64,000 nt of DNA from Bdellovibrionales bacterium RIFOXYD12_FULL_39_22 (GTDB lineage: Bacteria; Bdellovibrionota; Bacteriovoracia; Bacteriovoracales; Bacteriovoracaceae), in contig MEQL01000025.1 in the NCBI GenBank assembly GCA_001770205.1, positions 1 to 64,000 on the forward strand, in the 5' to 3' direction. Position numbers and translations under genes: made by a program. The notes under the pieces are model-generated. The model saw nothing but the letters and a program-made list of their open reading frames with translations, searched no databases and was not told where the DNA came from. Numbering within the stretch: position 1 is the stretch's first letter; each line of letters begins with the position of its first letter. Below are positions 47,529-58,231 of this stretch, piece by piece.

Positions 47529-48884
47529 ATTTTTAAAATATTAGTAGTAGAAACAGATGAGCGTGTGAAGCGAATTGTAAAAAATGCGCTAATGAGTGAA
47601 TTTAATGCCGAAGTTTTGGCCACAGACTCTGCGGCGGCCGCAATATCACTAATTGAACATGAAAATATCCCCTTTAATATAATTGTATCTCGAAATAAAT
47701 TAGATGAAGAGGCCTCGGCCTTGACACTACTAAATTACAACTACGACCGCACTCCCTCCATTCCCATCATCGTTTTAGGAGATGTGGAATTTTCCGGAAG
47801 TAATTACATTAAAACTGCCGATCGTTTTAGAACCGAAGAAATTTTTCGCCACATTATTGATCTGCTCAACATTAGCAAAGAGGAATTAGCGGAAATAAAA
47901 CTTCCTGAATACATTCCAGTCCCCATAGAGATTTTTATTCGTAGCAAACTGACCATTTGCGATGTTTACATAAAAATCTCCAAAAAGCATGATCCTGATC
48001 AATATGTTAAAATCATGCATACCAATCATGAAATTAATCATGAACATATCACTCGTTATCAACAAAAAGAGGTCACTCACCTCTATGTAAAAAAAGCTGA
48101 TCGCAATAAATTTTTTGACTCGATGATTGAGCAATCAGTGGCCATCCTTGAAAAACAAGACTTGCCATCAAACGTCATAGTTGATGTTGCGGCAGAACAC
48201 TACGGAATTAGTCAAAATCTTATTACCCAAATGGGCATTACGCCTCACTGCGTGAAATTAGTTAATAGCTCGGTTAAGGCCATTGCTAAAGTTGTTCAAG
48301 GACATACCTCCTTGGGGCCCTTGCTTAAACTACTTTTAAATAATCGTGGCAGCTACGCCTATCGCCATTGTCACCTTATTACCCTTTTCTCTCATCGCGT
48401 TTTAAATATAGTTGATTGGTGTGATGAAAAACAATTTGATCAAAACTTTGAAAAGATCTCTTTTGTGGCCTTTTTGCACGATATTACTCTCCCTGAAGAT
48501 CAACTAGTTCAGATTAATAACAAGCTTGATCTATATAAGTTAAACCTCTCCAAAGAAAAAAAAGATTTAGTACTAAATCATGCCAACACCATTTCCACCA
48601 TTGTACAAACTTTCCCCAAAGCTCCTTCTGGGGCCGATATATTTTTGCGTCAACATCATGGTGTAAGTAATGGAATTGGTTTTGCTGATACCTTTGTAAG
48701 CAACCTGTCGATACATGCCATTTTATTTATTGTTGTTGAAGATTTCGCTCATCATCTTTTGAATTTCAAAGAGAATAAACTGACTATGAGTGAGATTTTT
48801 ATAAAATTATACCAGCGCTATCCTCTTCCCTCTTATCGTAAAATCGTTGATGCCTTAAAGACAATGATTGTTGGCGGAATGTAA
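47529..48884 (+). CDS. REC-like + degenerate HD-GYP-like protein
   Basis: AFLHDI, NH, QHHGVSNGIGF. Frame extends upstream of GTG 47565 to ATT 47529, giving FKILVVE. Confidence 0.75.
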   Translation: MFKILVVETDERVKRIVKNALMSEFNAEVLATDSAAAAISLIEHENIPFNIIVSRNKLDEEASALTLLNYNYDRTPSIPIIVLGDVEFSGSNYIKTADRFRTEEIFRHIIDLLNISKEELAEIKLPEYIPVPIEIFIRSKLTICDVYIKISKKHDPDQYVKIMHTNHEINHEHITRYQQKEVTHLYVKKADRNKFFDSMIEQSVAILEKQDLPSNVIVDVAAEHYGISQNLITQMGITPHCVKLVNSSVKAIAKVVQGHTSLGPLLKLLLNNRGSYAYRHCHLITLFSHRVLNIVDWCDEKQFDQNFEKISFVAFLHDITLPEDQLVQINNKLDLYKLNLSKEKKDLVLNHANTISTIVQTFPKAPSGADIFLRQHHGVSNGIGFADTFVSNLSIHAILFIVVEDFAHHLLNFKENKLTMSEIFIKLYQRYPLPSYRKIVDALKTMIVGGM

Positions 48885-48895
48885 TATAGTTAGCC

Positions 48896-50260
48896 CTAAC
48901 TATATTGGCCGGCAGCTCGGGCCAAACTCTCGATGCTTCTGAATATTTTGGAAAAAACTGGCCCTTTGAAATTATCCTTGCTGTTGTTGTAATAGTTCAT
49001 ATAGGTCCAATCCGGTTTTGCCAAAATATAGTGCGCAAAATCTATTGCGATAGATAAAACGATGGAAAATGGCATAATGCGAGTAGGTGAAATCTGAGCA
49101 GGAAAGCCGTCACGATTTGGGCGCTCATGATGCTGTAATATAATTGCCATCGCGTCTTGCGGTGCCAAAAAATCTTTTTCAACAATTTTTGCCACATCTT
49201 CCGGATGTTTTAAAAAAAGTTCCTTTTCTTCTTTTGAAATTTCTCCTCGACTCATTTTATCTTCTAACTCCGAAAGATATAAAATTTTAGTTAATTTCAA
49301 GTTAGAAAGAAGTGTTAAATCATGAATATAGGCCAAATAGACAAATTTTTCAAAAACAGCATCCGAGGCCCATTCTAAATCAATGAGGATAGCGCATGCA
49401 ATATTACTAATTAGTCCAATACGATTTTTAATATATTTGCTATCTTCCCGATTAATAGATATTTGAGTCAAATATTTAGCGATATTTTTATTTTTCTTTA
49501 GGTTGTCCAAAACTATTTTACTCTTCTCTCGAATAGTATGTAGATACTCCTGTTCAATAGCAAACGGCCCTTGCTCGGCGGAGGCCACCTCTCCTAATAG
49601 ATCGGCCCTTAAGGAGTCAATTTCTACCTCTGTGCCCGTATCAATAACTGCAGCGTGTAGTCCGGCAATTAAGTCAACACTATTTGTCTCTTTTAATTTC
49701 CAAATAGTCGGGGCCTTTTTTATATAAAAAAAATTAACTCCCTTCCCACTATATTTTTCGATATCACGAGATGCCAACAAGTCGTTGGCCGAAAACAATT
49801 TTACAAATCGTCCGGAGGCCATTTTAAGATATAGATCATCTGGCAAATTATGGCCTACTACACAACGCTGCAAAATAGGAGTATATTCCACAGGTAAAGT
49901 GACCTCTGGTTCCATAACTTCTTTTAGGGCCTGCGACAGTAAATTCATGGATATTTTTTGTGCCCAAGCTGTGGCCAAAATTTTATCAAATTCTACCTCG
50001 GCCATAGCATCGGTACAAAGTACCGGGAGATGCAGTTTATTAGAAGCAATATAGTTAATAAGCTCCTCTGTTTTCTGGCCCACTTTATCATCCACCAATA
50101 AAACCAAACGAACCGCTCCCATCGGAAAACTGTTAAAACTGGGAATATCTTCTATGCATACAGTGGCCAATCCAAAAAAGCTGCCCAATAAATAGCAGAA
50201 ATTGGCACTGGCCTTATTACCATCAACGACGATAGCGATATAATTTTGTCTCTCATCCAT
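48896..50260 (-). CDS. HD-GYP-like domain protein
   Basis: AYIHDL, KHP, QHHERPNRDGFP. Confidence 0.78.
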   Translation of the reverse strand: MDERQNYIAIVVDGNKASANFCYLLGSFFGLATVCIEDIPSFNSFPMGAVRLVLLVDDKVGQKTEELINYIASNKLHLPVLCTDAMAEVEFDKILATAWAQKISMNLLSQALKEVMEPEVTLPVEYTPILQRCVVGHNLPDDLYLKMASGRFVKLFSANDLLASRDIEKYSGKGVNFFYIKKAPTIWKLKETNSVDLIAGLHAAVIDTGTEVEIDSLRADLLGEVASAEQGPFAIEQEYLHTIREKSKIVLDNLKKNKNIAKYLTQISINREDSKYIKNRIGLISNIACAILIDLEWASDAVFEKFVYLAYIHDLTLLSNLKLTKILYLSELEDKMSRGEISKEEKELFLKHPEDVAKIVEKDFLAPQDAMAIILQHHERPNRDGFPAQISPTRIMPFSIVLSIAIDFAHYILAKPDWTYMNYYNNSKDNFKGPVFSKIFRSIESLARAAGQYS

Positions 50261-51706
50261 TGCAATATTAAAAAGAAAAAAAGCTATAAAGTCAAAAGAT
50301 TCTGGCCTTTACGGCCAAATCTAAATATAGTTCGCCATTACATAATCACTCAACAAAAAGAGAATAAAATAAGCGACAGGACTATTCAAACATTCACTGC
50401 GCTCTTGGATAAAATCAAATGCGCGATTGCCAGTTTACCAAATTTAGAAAAATCGCCCTGGAGCAGTCTGGAAATGGCCTGCCCAGAAATTGCTCCACAC
50501 TTTATGGAGCTATTAACTTCTTCGCTCTTTCCTCTTTGCTATTTTAAATCGAGAAATGGACAAGAAGAAGTTATTGCCATGGGTAGTTGGCAAGAACTAG
50601 ATAATTGCGCGACTTCCGAATTAATCGCCTCTTTCCCTAAATTAACTATTATATATAAAACACCTTTTTCAAATAAAAGTCCCTGCTCCGCTGAATGGTC
50701 ACTTTTTACCCAACATTCCGCCTATCTGCCAATAATGCTCTTTTTTAAACAAAAAAATAACTACTCTCTTAAAATTCAATTTAACGATAATTTATCTCAA
50801 ACAAATGAACTCCTTGAACAATGTTGTACCAAAATTGAAGAGGCACTATGCTCAACATGCTCCCAAAAAAATATCCCCCTACTGCCCACTTCTCAAACGC
50901 AAGAAGAGATCCCAACGCTTTTTACCTGGAATATAATAATAAAAAAAGTACTTCAGGCCTTAGAAGATAAGTTTTTATCTAAGGTGGTTTTAGCACGAAA
51001 GCAGCTTATTAATTACGATACACCTCTTGACCCATTAACTTTTCTTGATAAAGTTCAAAGCAAGAATGACCACTCCTATCTATTTTTTTACGCTCCTAAG
51101 CAAGGCCATGCCTTCATCTCCAAAACTCCCGAAAGACTCTTCTGGCAAAATAAAAATATTCTAGAAGTTGATGCCATTGCTGGCACTCGTTTGCGAGGTG
51201 ATACCCCAGAAGAAGATACTAGACTGGCCGCAGAACTTTTGAGCTCGGCAAAAGAGCTTGCCGAGCATCGCATTGTTACCCAAACGATAAAAAAAAAGCT
51301 AGAGTTAATTTGTGCCGATATACAACTTACTGAATGCGAGCAGATTAATAAGTTGAACTATGTACAACACATTAGAAGTCAATTTAAAGGCCTCCTTCTA
51401 CCTAAAATTGACCCTGTATCAATTATAAATTTACTCCACCCTACTCCGGCAGTAGGCGGAGATCCTCAAGAGATCGCCTGTCAGTACATTAACGAACTCG
51501 AACCCTTTGAGCGCGGACTCTATGCCGCACCAGTGGGAATTATTTCCCAAAACCAATCAGAAGTGATAGTAGGAATTCGAAGTATTCTTATTGATGGCCA
51601 GCAGCTCCACATCTTTGGAGGTGCTGGAATAGTTGCAGGCTCAACGGGGATAGCAGAATGGAAAGAGATAACGGCCAAGATGAACAATTTTCTCAATCTA
51701 CTCTAG
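50246..51706 (+). CDS. menF: Isochorismate synthase (true start probably downstream of 50246)
   Basis: KVVLAR, TPERL, AIAGT, KELAEH, LHPTPAVGG, ERGLYA, VGIRS, GAGIV; adjacent to menD. Confidence 0.88.
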   Translation: MSLIHCNIKKKKSYKVKRFWPLRPNLNIVRHYIITQQKENKISDRTIQTFTALLDKIKCAIASLPNLEKSPWSSLEMACPEIAPHFMELLTSSLFPLCYFKSRNGQEEVIAMGSWQELDNCATSELIASFPKLTIIYKTPFSNKSPCSAEWSLFTQHSAYLPIMLFFKQKNNYSLKIQFNDNLSQTNELLEQCCTKIEEALCSTCSQKNIPLLPTSQTQEEIPTLFTWNIIIKKVLQALEDKFLSKVVLARKQLINYDTPLDPLTFLDKVQSKNDHSYLFFYAPKQGHAFISKTPERLFWQNKNILEVDAIAGTRLRGDTPEEDTRLAAELLSSAKELAEHRIVTQTIKKKLELICADIQLTECEQINKLNYVQHIRSQFKGLLLPKIDPVSIINLLHPTPAVGGDPQEIACQYINELEPFERGLYAAPVGIISQNQSEVIVGIRSILIDGQQLHIFGGAGIVAGSTGIAEWKEITAKMNNFLNLL

Positions 51707-53367
51707 CAACGAAAGGCATCCATAACCTTTCGCGGCTCTGGTCTTTGCTGATTATTCATGAAATGATCTGCTGTAATATCGATCATTTTTTTATTTCTCC
51801 AGGCCTTCGTAACACTCCATTGATCAAAGCACTCACCCTCTTTCCTCTTGTCAAAAAGATTATTGCGATCGATGAACGCTCCTTGGCCTATCAAGCACTG
51901 GGATATACCAAAGCATCAGGGAAAATGGCCGTACTCCTTTGTACTTCAGGAACGGCCATGGCCAACTACTCTCCGGCCTTAATTGAGGCCAGTAAATACC
52001 ACCTCCCCTTGCTAGTACTCAGCGCTGATCGCCCTTTTGAATTAGTAGCAGTTAATGACAATCAAACCATGGAACAGGCCAACTTCTTTAGGCAGTGGGC
52101 CTATGACACGCTCAATCTGCCAGATCCTCAAATGGCCATTGCCCCAAACAAACTCAAAAAAATTGTATCGCATTTTTTGACTCAAAATAAAGGCCAAGGC
52201 CCGTTACATATAAATGTTCCCCTTCGCCAACCACTAGATATTGAAAATGAAAATATTGATGAGTCTTTTATCAATAGTGCTGTAGCGCTTTTGAATAAAA
52301 AAACTCCCGCCATCCAAATAACCAAAGCTCATAACGAGGTAGGGCCCATTAACCTTGCCAAAATTGATCTATTGCTAATAGGAGAACTCCCTCCGGCGCT
52401 AGATAAAAATGCCATTCTTTCGATAATTAAAAATTTCCCTGGCCCGATCTACATAGATATTACCTCGGGATTGAAACATTTCCATCCATCTTTAGATTTA
52501 TCCACCATCTCTTCTTTAATTTTCTCAAGCAAAACACCACTTAAAATTGTCCAAATTGGTGATGGTTTTACTGCTAAATTATTATATCAGTATCTAGCAC
52601 AACTTCCGGCCGACAGCAGACATATTCAGATAACCAATGGCCGGCAACTAATTGATCCGGCCTTTTCTCTTACTGAACAAATTATTGGTGAGCTTGAAAA
52701 AATTCTCCCGTCCTTAACAATTCATGCAAAAAATATTTTACCTCCAATCTTTAGGCCAGATTTAAAGAAGGTACTAGAAGAACTTCCTTTTTCTTTTGCT
52801 CACATTGCCAGCGTGTTAAATGAGCTAATCCCAAATGATTCTAATCTCTTTTTGGCCAACAGCTCGGCCATTCGCATTTTTGACAGCTATACTTATGGAC
52901 AGAGTAAAAATATCTTTCTTTTTTCTAATCGTGGAGTAAGTGGCATTGAAGGTAACATTTCCACCTCTTGTGGAATAGCTCACCACCTCCCTACACAAGT
53001 TACCACTATGGTAATCGGAGATATTTCGTTTCTTCATGATATGGGATCATTACTCGAAGTAAGTAAGGCCGTTGGGAAAATTATTATCGTTTTGGCCAAC
53101 GATTTTGGTGGTGGTATTTTTAAGCAACTACCTATTGCGCAGGACCATGAAGTACTAGAAGTCATTACCACTTCTCACCAATATACCTTTGAAAAACTGG
53201 CCGCCCAATTTTCTTTAAACTACCAATGTGCCAACAATGTTGGTGAATTGCGCGGCCACTATCTCAAAGCACTTTCTAGATCTGGCCCAGAAATCATTGA
53301 AGTAATTTTAGATTCAAAACAAAATTTACACACCCTCAATCAATTAACTAATATTTTTCAAGCATAA
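51658..53367 (+). CDS. menD: SEPHCHC synthase
   Basis: [56 protein letters not shown]. Confidence 0.93.
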   Translation: MERDNGQDEQFSQSTLATKGIHNLSRLWSLLIIHEMICCNIDHFFISPGLRNTPLIKALTLFPLVKKIIAIDERSLAYQALGYTKASGKMAVLLCTSGTAMANYSPALIEASKYHLPLLVLSADRPFELVAVNDNQTMEQANFFRQWAYDTLNLPDPQMAIAPNKLKKIVSHFLTQNKGQGPLHINVPLRQPLDIENENIDESFINSAVALLNKKTPAIQITKAHNEVGPINLAKIDLLLIGELPPALDKNAILSIIKNFPGPIYIDITSGLKHFHPSLDLSTISSLIFSSKTPLKIVQIGDGFTAKLLYQYLAQLPADSRHIQITNGRQLIDPAFSLTEQIIGELEKILPSLTIHAKNILPPIFRPDLKKVLEELPFSFAHIASVLNELIPNDSNLFLANSSAIRIFDSYTYGQSKNIFLFSNRGVSGIEGNISTSCGIAHHLPTQVTTMVIGDISFLHDMGSLLEVSKAVGKIIIVLANDFGGGIFKQLPIAQDHEVLEVITTSHQYTFEKLAAQFSLNYQCANNVGELRGHYLKALSRSGPEIIEVILDSKQNLHTLNQLTNIFQA

Positions 53368-53390
53368 AATATAAAAGAAAGGAGAATAAA

Positions 53391-54224
53391 ATGAGTAAAA
53401 CAGTAAAATGGATTCCCACCGGTGATTATCAAGACATTAAATATGGAAAATATCAAGGCATTGCTAAAATAACTATCAATCGTCCAGAGGTGCGCAATGC
53501 CTTCCGCCCACAAACCGTAAAAGAAATGATCATAGCACTAGATGATGCTCGCAACGACCCGGCGGTTGGTGTAATAATTTTAACTGGCGAAGGAGAAAAG
53601 GCCTTCTGCTCCGGTGGAGACCAACGTATTCGGAAAGAGGCCGGCTATGCTGACGAAGTGGGGACTCCGCGTCTAAACGTGTTAGACTTCCAAAGACAGA
53701 TTCGCACCTGCCCAAAACCTATTATCGCTATGGTTGCCGGATACGCCATTGGAGGAGGCCATGTTTTACATTTAGTATGTGATCTAACCATTGCTGCAGA
53801 TAATGCTATCTTTGGCCAAACGGGCCCAAAGGTTGGCTCTTTTGATGGCGGCTTTGGAGCAAGCTATATGGCCCGTATTATTGGGCAGAAAAAAGCTCGC
53901 GAAATTTGGTATCTATGTCGACAATACAATGCTCGCGAAGCATTAGAGATGGGACTAGTTAATACGGTCGTGCCCTACGAAAAATTGGAATCAACTACTT
54001 TAGAGTGGTGCCAAGAAATTTTAGAAAAATCACCACTGGCGCTTCGCTGCTTAAAGGCGGCCTTTAATGCTGATTGCGATGGCCAGGCCGGACTACAAGA
54101 ATTGGCCGGCGCGGCCACTATGCTTTACTATATGACCGATGAAGGGACAGAAGGGAAAAATGCTTTTTTAGAAAAACGCAAACCAGAATATGATAACACA
54201 AACAAATTTCCACGCCTCCCCTAA
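53391..54224 (+). CDS. menB: 1,4-dihydroxy-2-naphthoyl-CoA synthase
   Basis: [39 protein letters not shown]. Confidence 0.98.
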   Translation: MSKTVKWIPTGDYQDIKYGKYQGIAKITINRPEVRNAFRPQTVKEMIIALDDARNDPAVGVIILTGEGEKAFCSGGDQRIRKEAGYADEVGTPRLNVLDFQRQIRTCPKPIIAMVAGYAIGGGHVLHLVCDLTIAADNAIFGQTGPKVGSFDGGFGASYMARIIGQKKAREIWYLCRQYNAREALEMGLVNTVVPYEKLESTTLEWCQEILEKSPLALRCLKAAFNADCDGQAGLQELAGAATMLYYMTDEGTEGKNAFLEKRKPEYDNTNKFPRLP

Positions 54225-54239
54225 CGTATACTTTACTTG

Positions 54240-56552
54240 CTAGAGCTTTAAATTTTTTAATTTGGCGAAAGGGTTATTCTTGGCCGGCGAGTCATCGACA
54301 ATACGCTTGCTATTATCGCCTGTTTTTTTTCCACTTCCTTGATTGGATGATTCTGGATTTGAAGCTTTGCTAGTACTAGTACTATTACTATTGCCTCCGC
54401 TTTTACAAGACATGGCAATTCGCTTACGATCAAAATCAATCTCAACCACCCGAACCTTAACCTCCTGGCCCACACTAACCACGTCCAGCGGATTTTCAAT
54501 AAACTTATCTGCCAACTGGGAGATATGCACGAGTCCAGATTCTTTAATTCCAATATCTACAAAAGCACCAAAATTGGTAATATTATTCACTACTCCCACG
54601 TACCAATTTCCTACTATCAGATCATTAATAGTACGAACGTTTTTGGCAAAATCAGTACTTTTAAAAACAGTCCGCGGATCTTGCACCGGAGCAGTCAGTG
54701 CTTTAAAAATATCATTAAAGGTGTGTTCACCTAATTTTGCACGTAATAATTTATCGCCTTTGAATTTCTGCTGAATCTCACTATTTTCCACTAAACTGTT
54801 AACGCTGACTTGATTATCCGCACACCACTTTGCAATATCCGCAAACCGTTCAGGATGAATAAAGGTGCTATCCAAAATATTATCTCCACCATAGATACGT
54901 AAAAAACCGGCGGATTGCTGAAAAATTTTCTCTGAAAATCGCCCAACGTTTAAAAGTTCTTGGCGATTTTTAAATTTACCATGCTTATTGCGATACTCAC
55001 TAATTCCCTTGGCCAAGCTGGCCCCAATTCCAGAGATATAGGAGAGTAATTGATAGCTAGCAGTATTTAAATCCACTCCAACATAGTTAACGCAATCTTC
55101 TACCACATTTGTCAGAGACTTTTGCAATTTTGACTGATTCATATCATGCTGATACTGTCCAACCCCAATGGCCTTGGGATCAATCTTTACTAGCTCGGCC
55201 AGCGGATCTTGAAAACGACGAGCTATCGAGACCGCTCCACGCACTGTAACATCTTTATCTGGAAATTCCTCAATGGCCATCTCTGACGCAGAATAAACCG
55301 AAGCTCCGGCCTCAGAAACAAGCGTAGCGCGAACTTTATTTTCTTTCACCACTCCAATGTTATCCTCCACAAAAGCTAAGGTCTCTCGGCCATAGGTACC
55401 ACTGCCAATTGCGATATATTCCACCATGAATTTCTCAATCACTTTCTCCAATATCATCGCTGATTTTTCTACTTCCCGTTTCGGTTCATGAGGATAAATA
55501 ACAAAATCCACCAAAAGTTTACCATGCTGATTAATCACGACAACCTTGCAACCAGTACGTACGCCCGGATCAATTCCCATAATTGTTTTCTGCCCAAGGT
55601 ATGGTGCCAGCAGCAAACTTTTTAAATTATGGCCAAAAACCTCTATAGAAGCATCTTCGGCGATCTTGCGCAGCTCGGCCATAATTTCTAATTCTACCGA
55701 AGTATGTAAAGAGGCCTTATAGGCCTTTGAAACACAATCCATTATTGTCGGCAGACATCCCTGCTCTCTACCGCGCATAACCACCGTTTTTTGCGCCAAT
55801 TCAATAGCACGTTTATCATCAACATCTATCGAAACTTTTAAAACTTTCAGTAACATCCCTCGACGCATGGCCAAGAAACGATGGGAGGCCTTGGGGGAAT
55901 AGAGATTTTTTACTGGTTCTGCAAATTCAAAATAATCTTTGAATTTTAAATAATCAGTAATTTGATTAGCATCCTTTTTTAGAGCGGAAGTAAACATTGC
56001 CTCACTCTTATATAGCTCTCTTAGGCCACTCTTCACATTCTCTCCGTGAACAACCTTCTCTATGATAATATGCTTGGCCCCCTCTAACGCCTCTTCCCAA
56101 GTGGCCACCTTTTCAGTTGGAACGAAGGCCTGCTCCAGCTGCTTAATAGTTTTGGCGGTTTCAATTATTTCGACGGCCAGTGGTTCCAATCCATTTTCTC
56201 GCGCAATCATCCCTTTCGTTTTTTTCTTGCTCTTGTAGGGTGCATAAATATCTTCCAACTCCATTAGAGTTTCGGCCTTGGTAACAATTCTGGCCAATTC
56301 CGGCGTTAAAACCTCCATTTTTTCTAATGTCTCTAAGATAAATTTTCGACGTTTTTCGGTCTCGTTATATTCGTTATACAACTCTTCCACCAAGCGAATC
56401 TGAGTTTCATCTAAATTACCAGTTACCTCTTTGCGATAACGAGCAATAAAGGGTACGGTACATTGTTCCTCAAACAGAAGTTTTAAAACTTGTTGTATCT
56501 GGTTTTTAGAAATTTGTGACTTTACTGCAACGAAATCAACAACCATCGGCAC
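54240..56552 (-). CDS. tex: Tex family transcription accessory protein with S1 domain
   Basis: TVPFIARYRKE, GIDPG.RTGCK, EAGASVYSAS, IGVGQYQHD, NFGAFVDIG...GLVHISQL. Confidence 0.95.
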   Translation of the reverse strand: MPMVVDFVAVKSQISKNQIQQVLKLLFEEQCTVPFIARYRKEVTGNLDETQIRLVEELYNEYNETEKRRKFILETLEKMEVLTPELARIVTKAETLMELEDIYAPYKSKKKTKGMIARENGLEPLAVEIIETAKTIKQLEQAFVPTEKVATWEEALEGAKHIIIEKVVHGENVKSGLRELYKSEAMFTSALKKDANQITDYLKFKDYFEFAEPVKNLYSPKASHRFLAMRRGMLLKVLKVSIDVDDKRAIELAQKTVVMRGREQGCLPTIMDCVSKAYKASLHTSVELEIMAELRKIAEDASIEVFGHNLKSLLLAPYLGQKTIMGIDPGVRTGCKVVVINQHGKLLVDFVIYPHEPKREVEKSAMILEKVIEKFMVEYIAIGSGTYGRETLAFVEDNIGVVKENKVRATLVSEAGASVYSASEMAIEEFPDKDVTVRGAVSIARRFQDPLAELVKIDPKAIGVGQYQHDMNQSKLQKSLTNVVEDCVNYVGVDLNTASYQLLSYISGIGASLAKGISEYRNKHGKFKNRQELLNVGRFSEKIFQQSAGFLRIYGGDNILDSTFIHPERFADIAKWCADNQVSVNSLVENSEIQQKFKGDKLLRAKLGEHTFNDIFKALTAPVQDPRTVFKSTDFAKNVRTINDLIVGNWYVGVVNNITNFGAFVDIGIKESGLVHISQLADKFIENPLDVVSVGQEVKVRVVEIDFDRKRIAMSCKSGGNSNSTSTSKASNPESSNQGSGKKTGDNSKRIVDDSPAKNNPFAKLKNLKL

Positions 56553-56669
56553 TCCCTAATTAAAGTTATACAGAAAGAGAAAGATTTAAACATGACAGCA
56601 CTCCCAACTTCAACACTTTTTTGCTATTTGATAATTAAAAATAATCGATTATAATCTTTCTATCAAATT

Positions 56670-57704
56670 ATGTTTAAGCAAACAGCACAGATCACGGCAT
56701 TTCTCTTTTTATCGCTAAATATTTTGGCCATAGAAATAGGAGAAAAATACGAAGTAACTATTTTGGATAGCTCCCAATCGAAACGAACAATTCTCCTAAA
56801 TCGAGGGTTATCTTCTGGACTTACCATTGAAAATCATGCCAACTTTTACGATGATGTTGGGCCTATCGCTCGCGGCGTGGCCATTGAAGTTGCGCCAATG
56901 CGCTCGGTATGGGCCCTCTACACCGTTGAAGATATCAGCAAAATTGCAAGCAACAGCAAAGTAAAAATGAAAATCACCTCTCCTGTTAAATTAACAAAAG
57001 ATCAATCGAAAATGATACGGCCAGCGATTGCTATCTCCGACGAAGAAACCTACTCTCCCTCCCCCGACGCTCGCCATTTTTACAACAAACTACCAACCGT
57101 CATAAAAAGTGAATTTGAAATAGAGAAGGAAAGAGAAGACGAAAAAAATAAAGGACTTTTTTCGCAGCGATATCATGAAGTTTGGGGAGTAGTTGATTTC
57201 GCTCTTTTTGATACCTCAGAAGGCCTAGTTAACAGCTCTATAAAAAACTCCAGCACTTTGGATATAGAATATTTACTAGGATATGAATACTATATCGGCA
57301 AATACATAAAAGAACTCTCTTTTAATCTTTTTTTGCATGAAGAATACCGAACCTATCGGCAAGAAAATGAGCAAAAAAGTAGAATAAATTTCCTTGAAAT
57401 CGGCCTAGGGCCTGATTGGCATTTTTACCATGATCCCATGGCCTATGGCGATCTTATCGGCCACGGCTATTTTCATTTTGGGTTTGGCACAATGGATTCA
57501 GAGGCGGTTTCAGCAGCAAGCGAAGGCGATACTAGCTTTATCGCCGTGGGAATTGGCGGAAAATATTATTTGAGTAGCGGACTCGGTATGCGCCTGGCAA
57601 TTGAGTATAACTACTCTAAAAAAGACCTAGTCGATAACTCGGTAACAAACAGAACCACTAGTAGTGGAGTAAAAAACTATTTTGGACTCTCCTATCGTTT
57701 CTAG
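56670..57704 (+). CDS. Putative outer-membrane protein, paralog of 42588-43658
   Basis: ILDSSQSKRTILLNRG..GL, ARGV, RSVW, VKLT.D; terminal LSYRF. Confidence 0.65.
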   Translation: MFKQTAQITAFLFLSLNILAIEIGEKYEVTILDSSQSKRTILLNRGLSSGLTIENHANFYDDVGPIARGVAIEVAPMRSVWALYTVEDISKIASNSKVKMKITSPVKLTKDQSKMIRPAIAISDEETYSPSPDARHFYNKLPTVIKSEFEIEKEREDEKNKGLFSQRYHEVWGVVDFALFDTSEGLVNSSIKNSSTLDIEYLLGYEYYIGKYIKELSFNLFLHEEYRTYRQENEQKSRINFLEIGLGPDWHFYHDPMAYGDLIGHGYFHFGFGTMDSEAVSAASEGDTSFIAVGIGGKYYLSSGLGMRLAIEYNYSKKDLVDNSVTNRTTSSGVKNYFGLSYRF

Positions 57705-57776
57705 TCTGGCCTTGGATAACTTTTCCTTAAATTTTGTTCTTCCCCCTTACGCCCACTATGATCTATCATAATAGGT

Positions 57777-58208
57777 ATGAATCCAGATAAATTTGAAGAA
57801 ATCTTTTTAAATTTACGCATTCTTGTTGTCGATGATGTTCCCATCATGCGCTTGTTTGTTGTAAACACACTTAAAGAATTGGGAGTAAAAAAAATTCTAG
57901 AAGCAGAAGATGGAAATGCGGCCTTGACCTTGGTGGAAGAAGGTTTGATGAACAATAAAAAAATCGACTTAATTGTATCTGATATCAATATGCCGAATAT
58001 GGATGGTATTGATCTTTTGCAGGCCATCCGTAAAAACAATGTCAAAGAAATTAAATCTATGCCTTTTTTGATTGTTTCGGCCTCTAACGAAACTTCAAAA
58101 ATTTTAAAGGCCTCGGAGTTGGGAGTTACCAATTATATTTTAAAACCCTATTCTCCGGCCAATTTGAAGAAAAAAATTAGAGAAGTTTTTATTTCGCAAA
58201 ACGATTAA
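57777..58208 (+). CDS. CheY-like response regulator
   Basis: ILVVDD, SDINMPNMDG, VSA, LKP. Confidence 0.92.
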   Translation: MNPDKFEEIFLNLRILVVDDVPIMRLFVVNTLKELGVKKILEAEDGNAALTLVEEGLMNNKKIDLIVSDINMPNMDGIDLLQAIRKNNVKEIKSMPFLIVSASNETSKILKASELGVTNYILKPYSPANLKKKIREVFISQND

Positions 58209-58231
58209 AATAAATTACGGAGATTGCTAAA

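Noticed and set aside
54343..58132. Alternative ORFs such as 54343-54774 and 57701-58132, and similar short overlapping ORFs across the window
   Set aside because: Antisense or out-of-frame shadows of well-supported genes, with no motifs or RBS.
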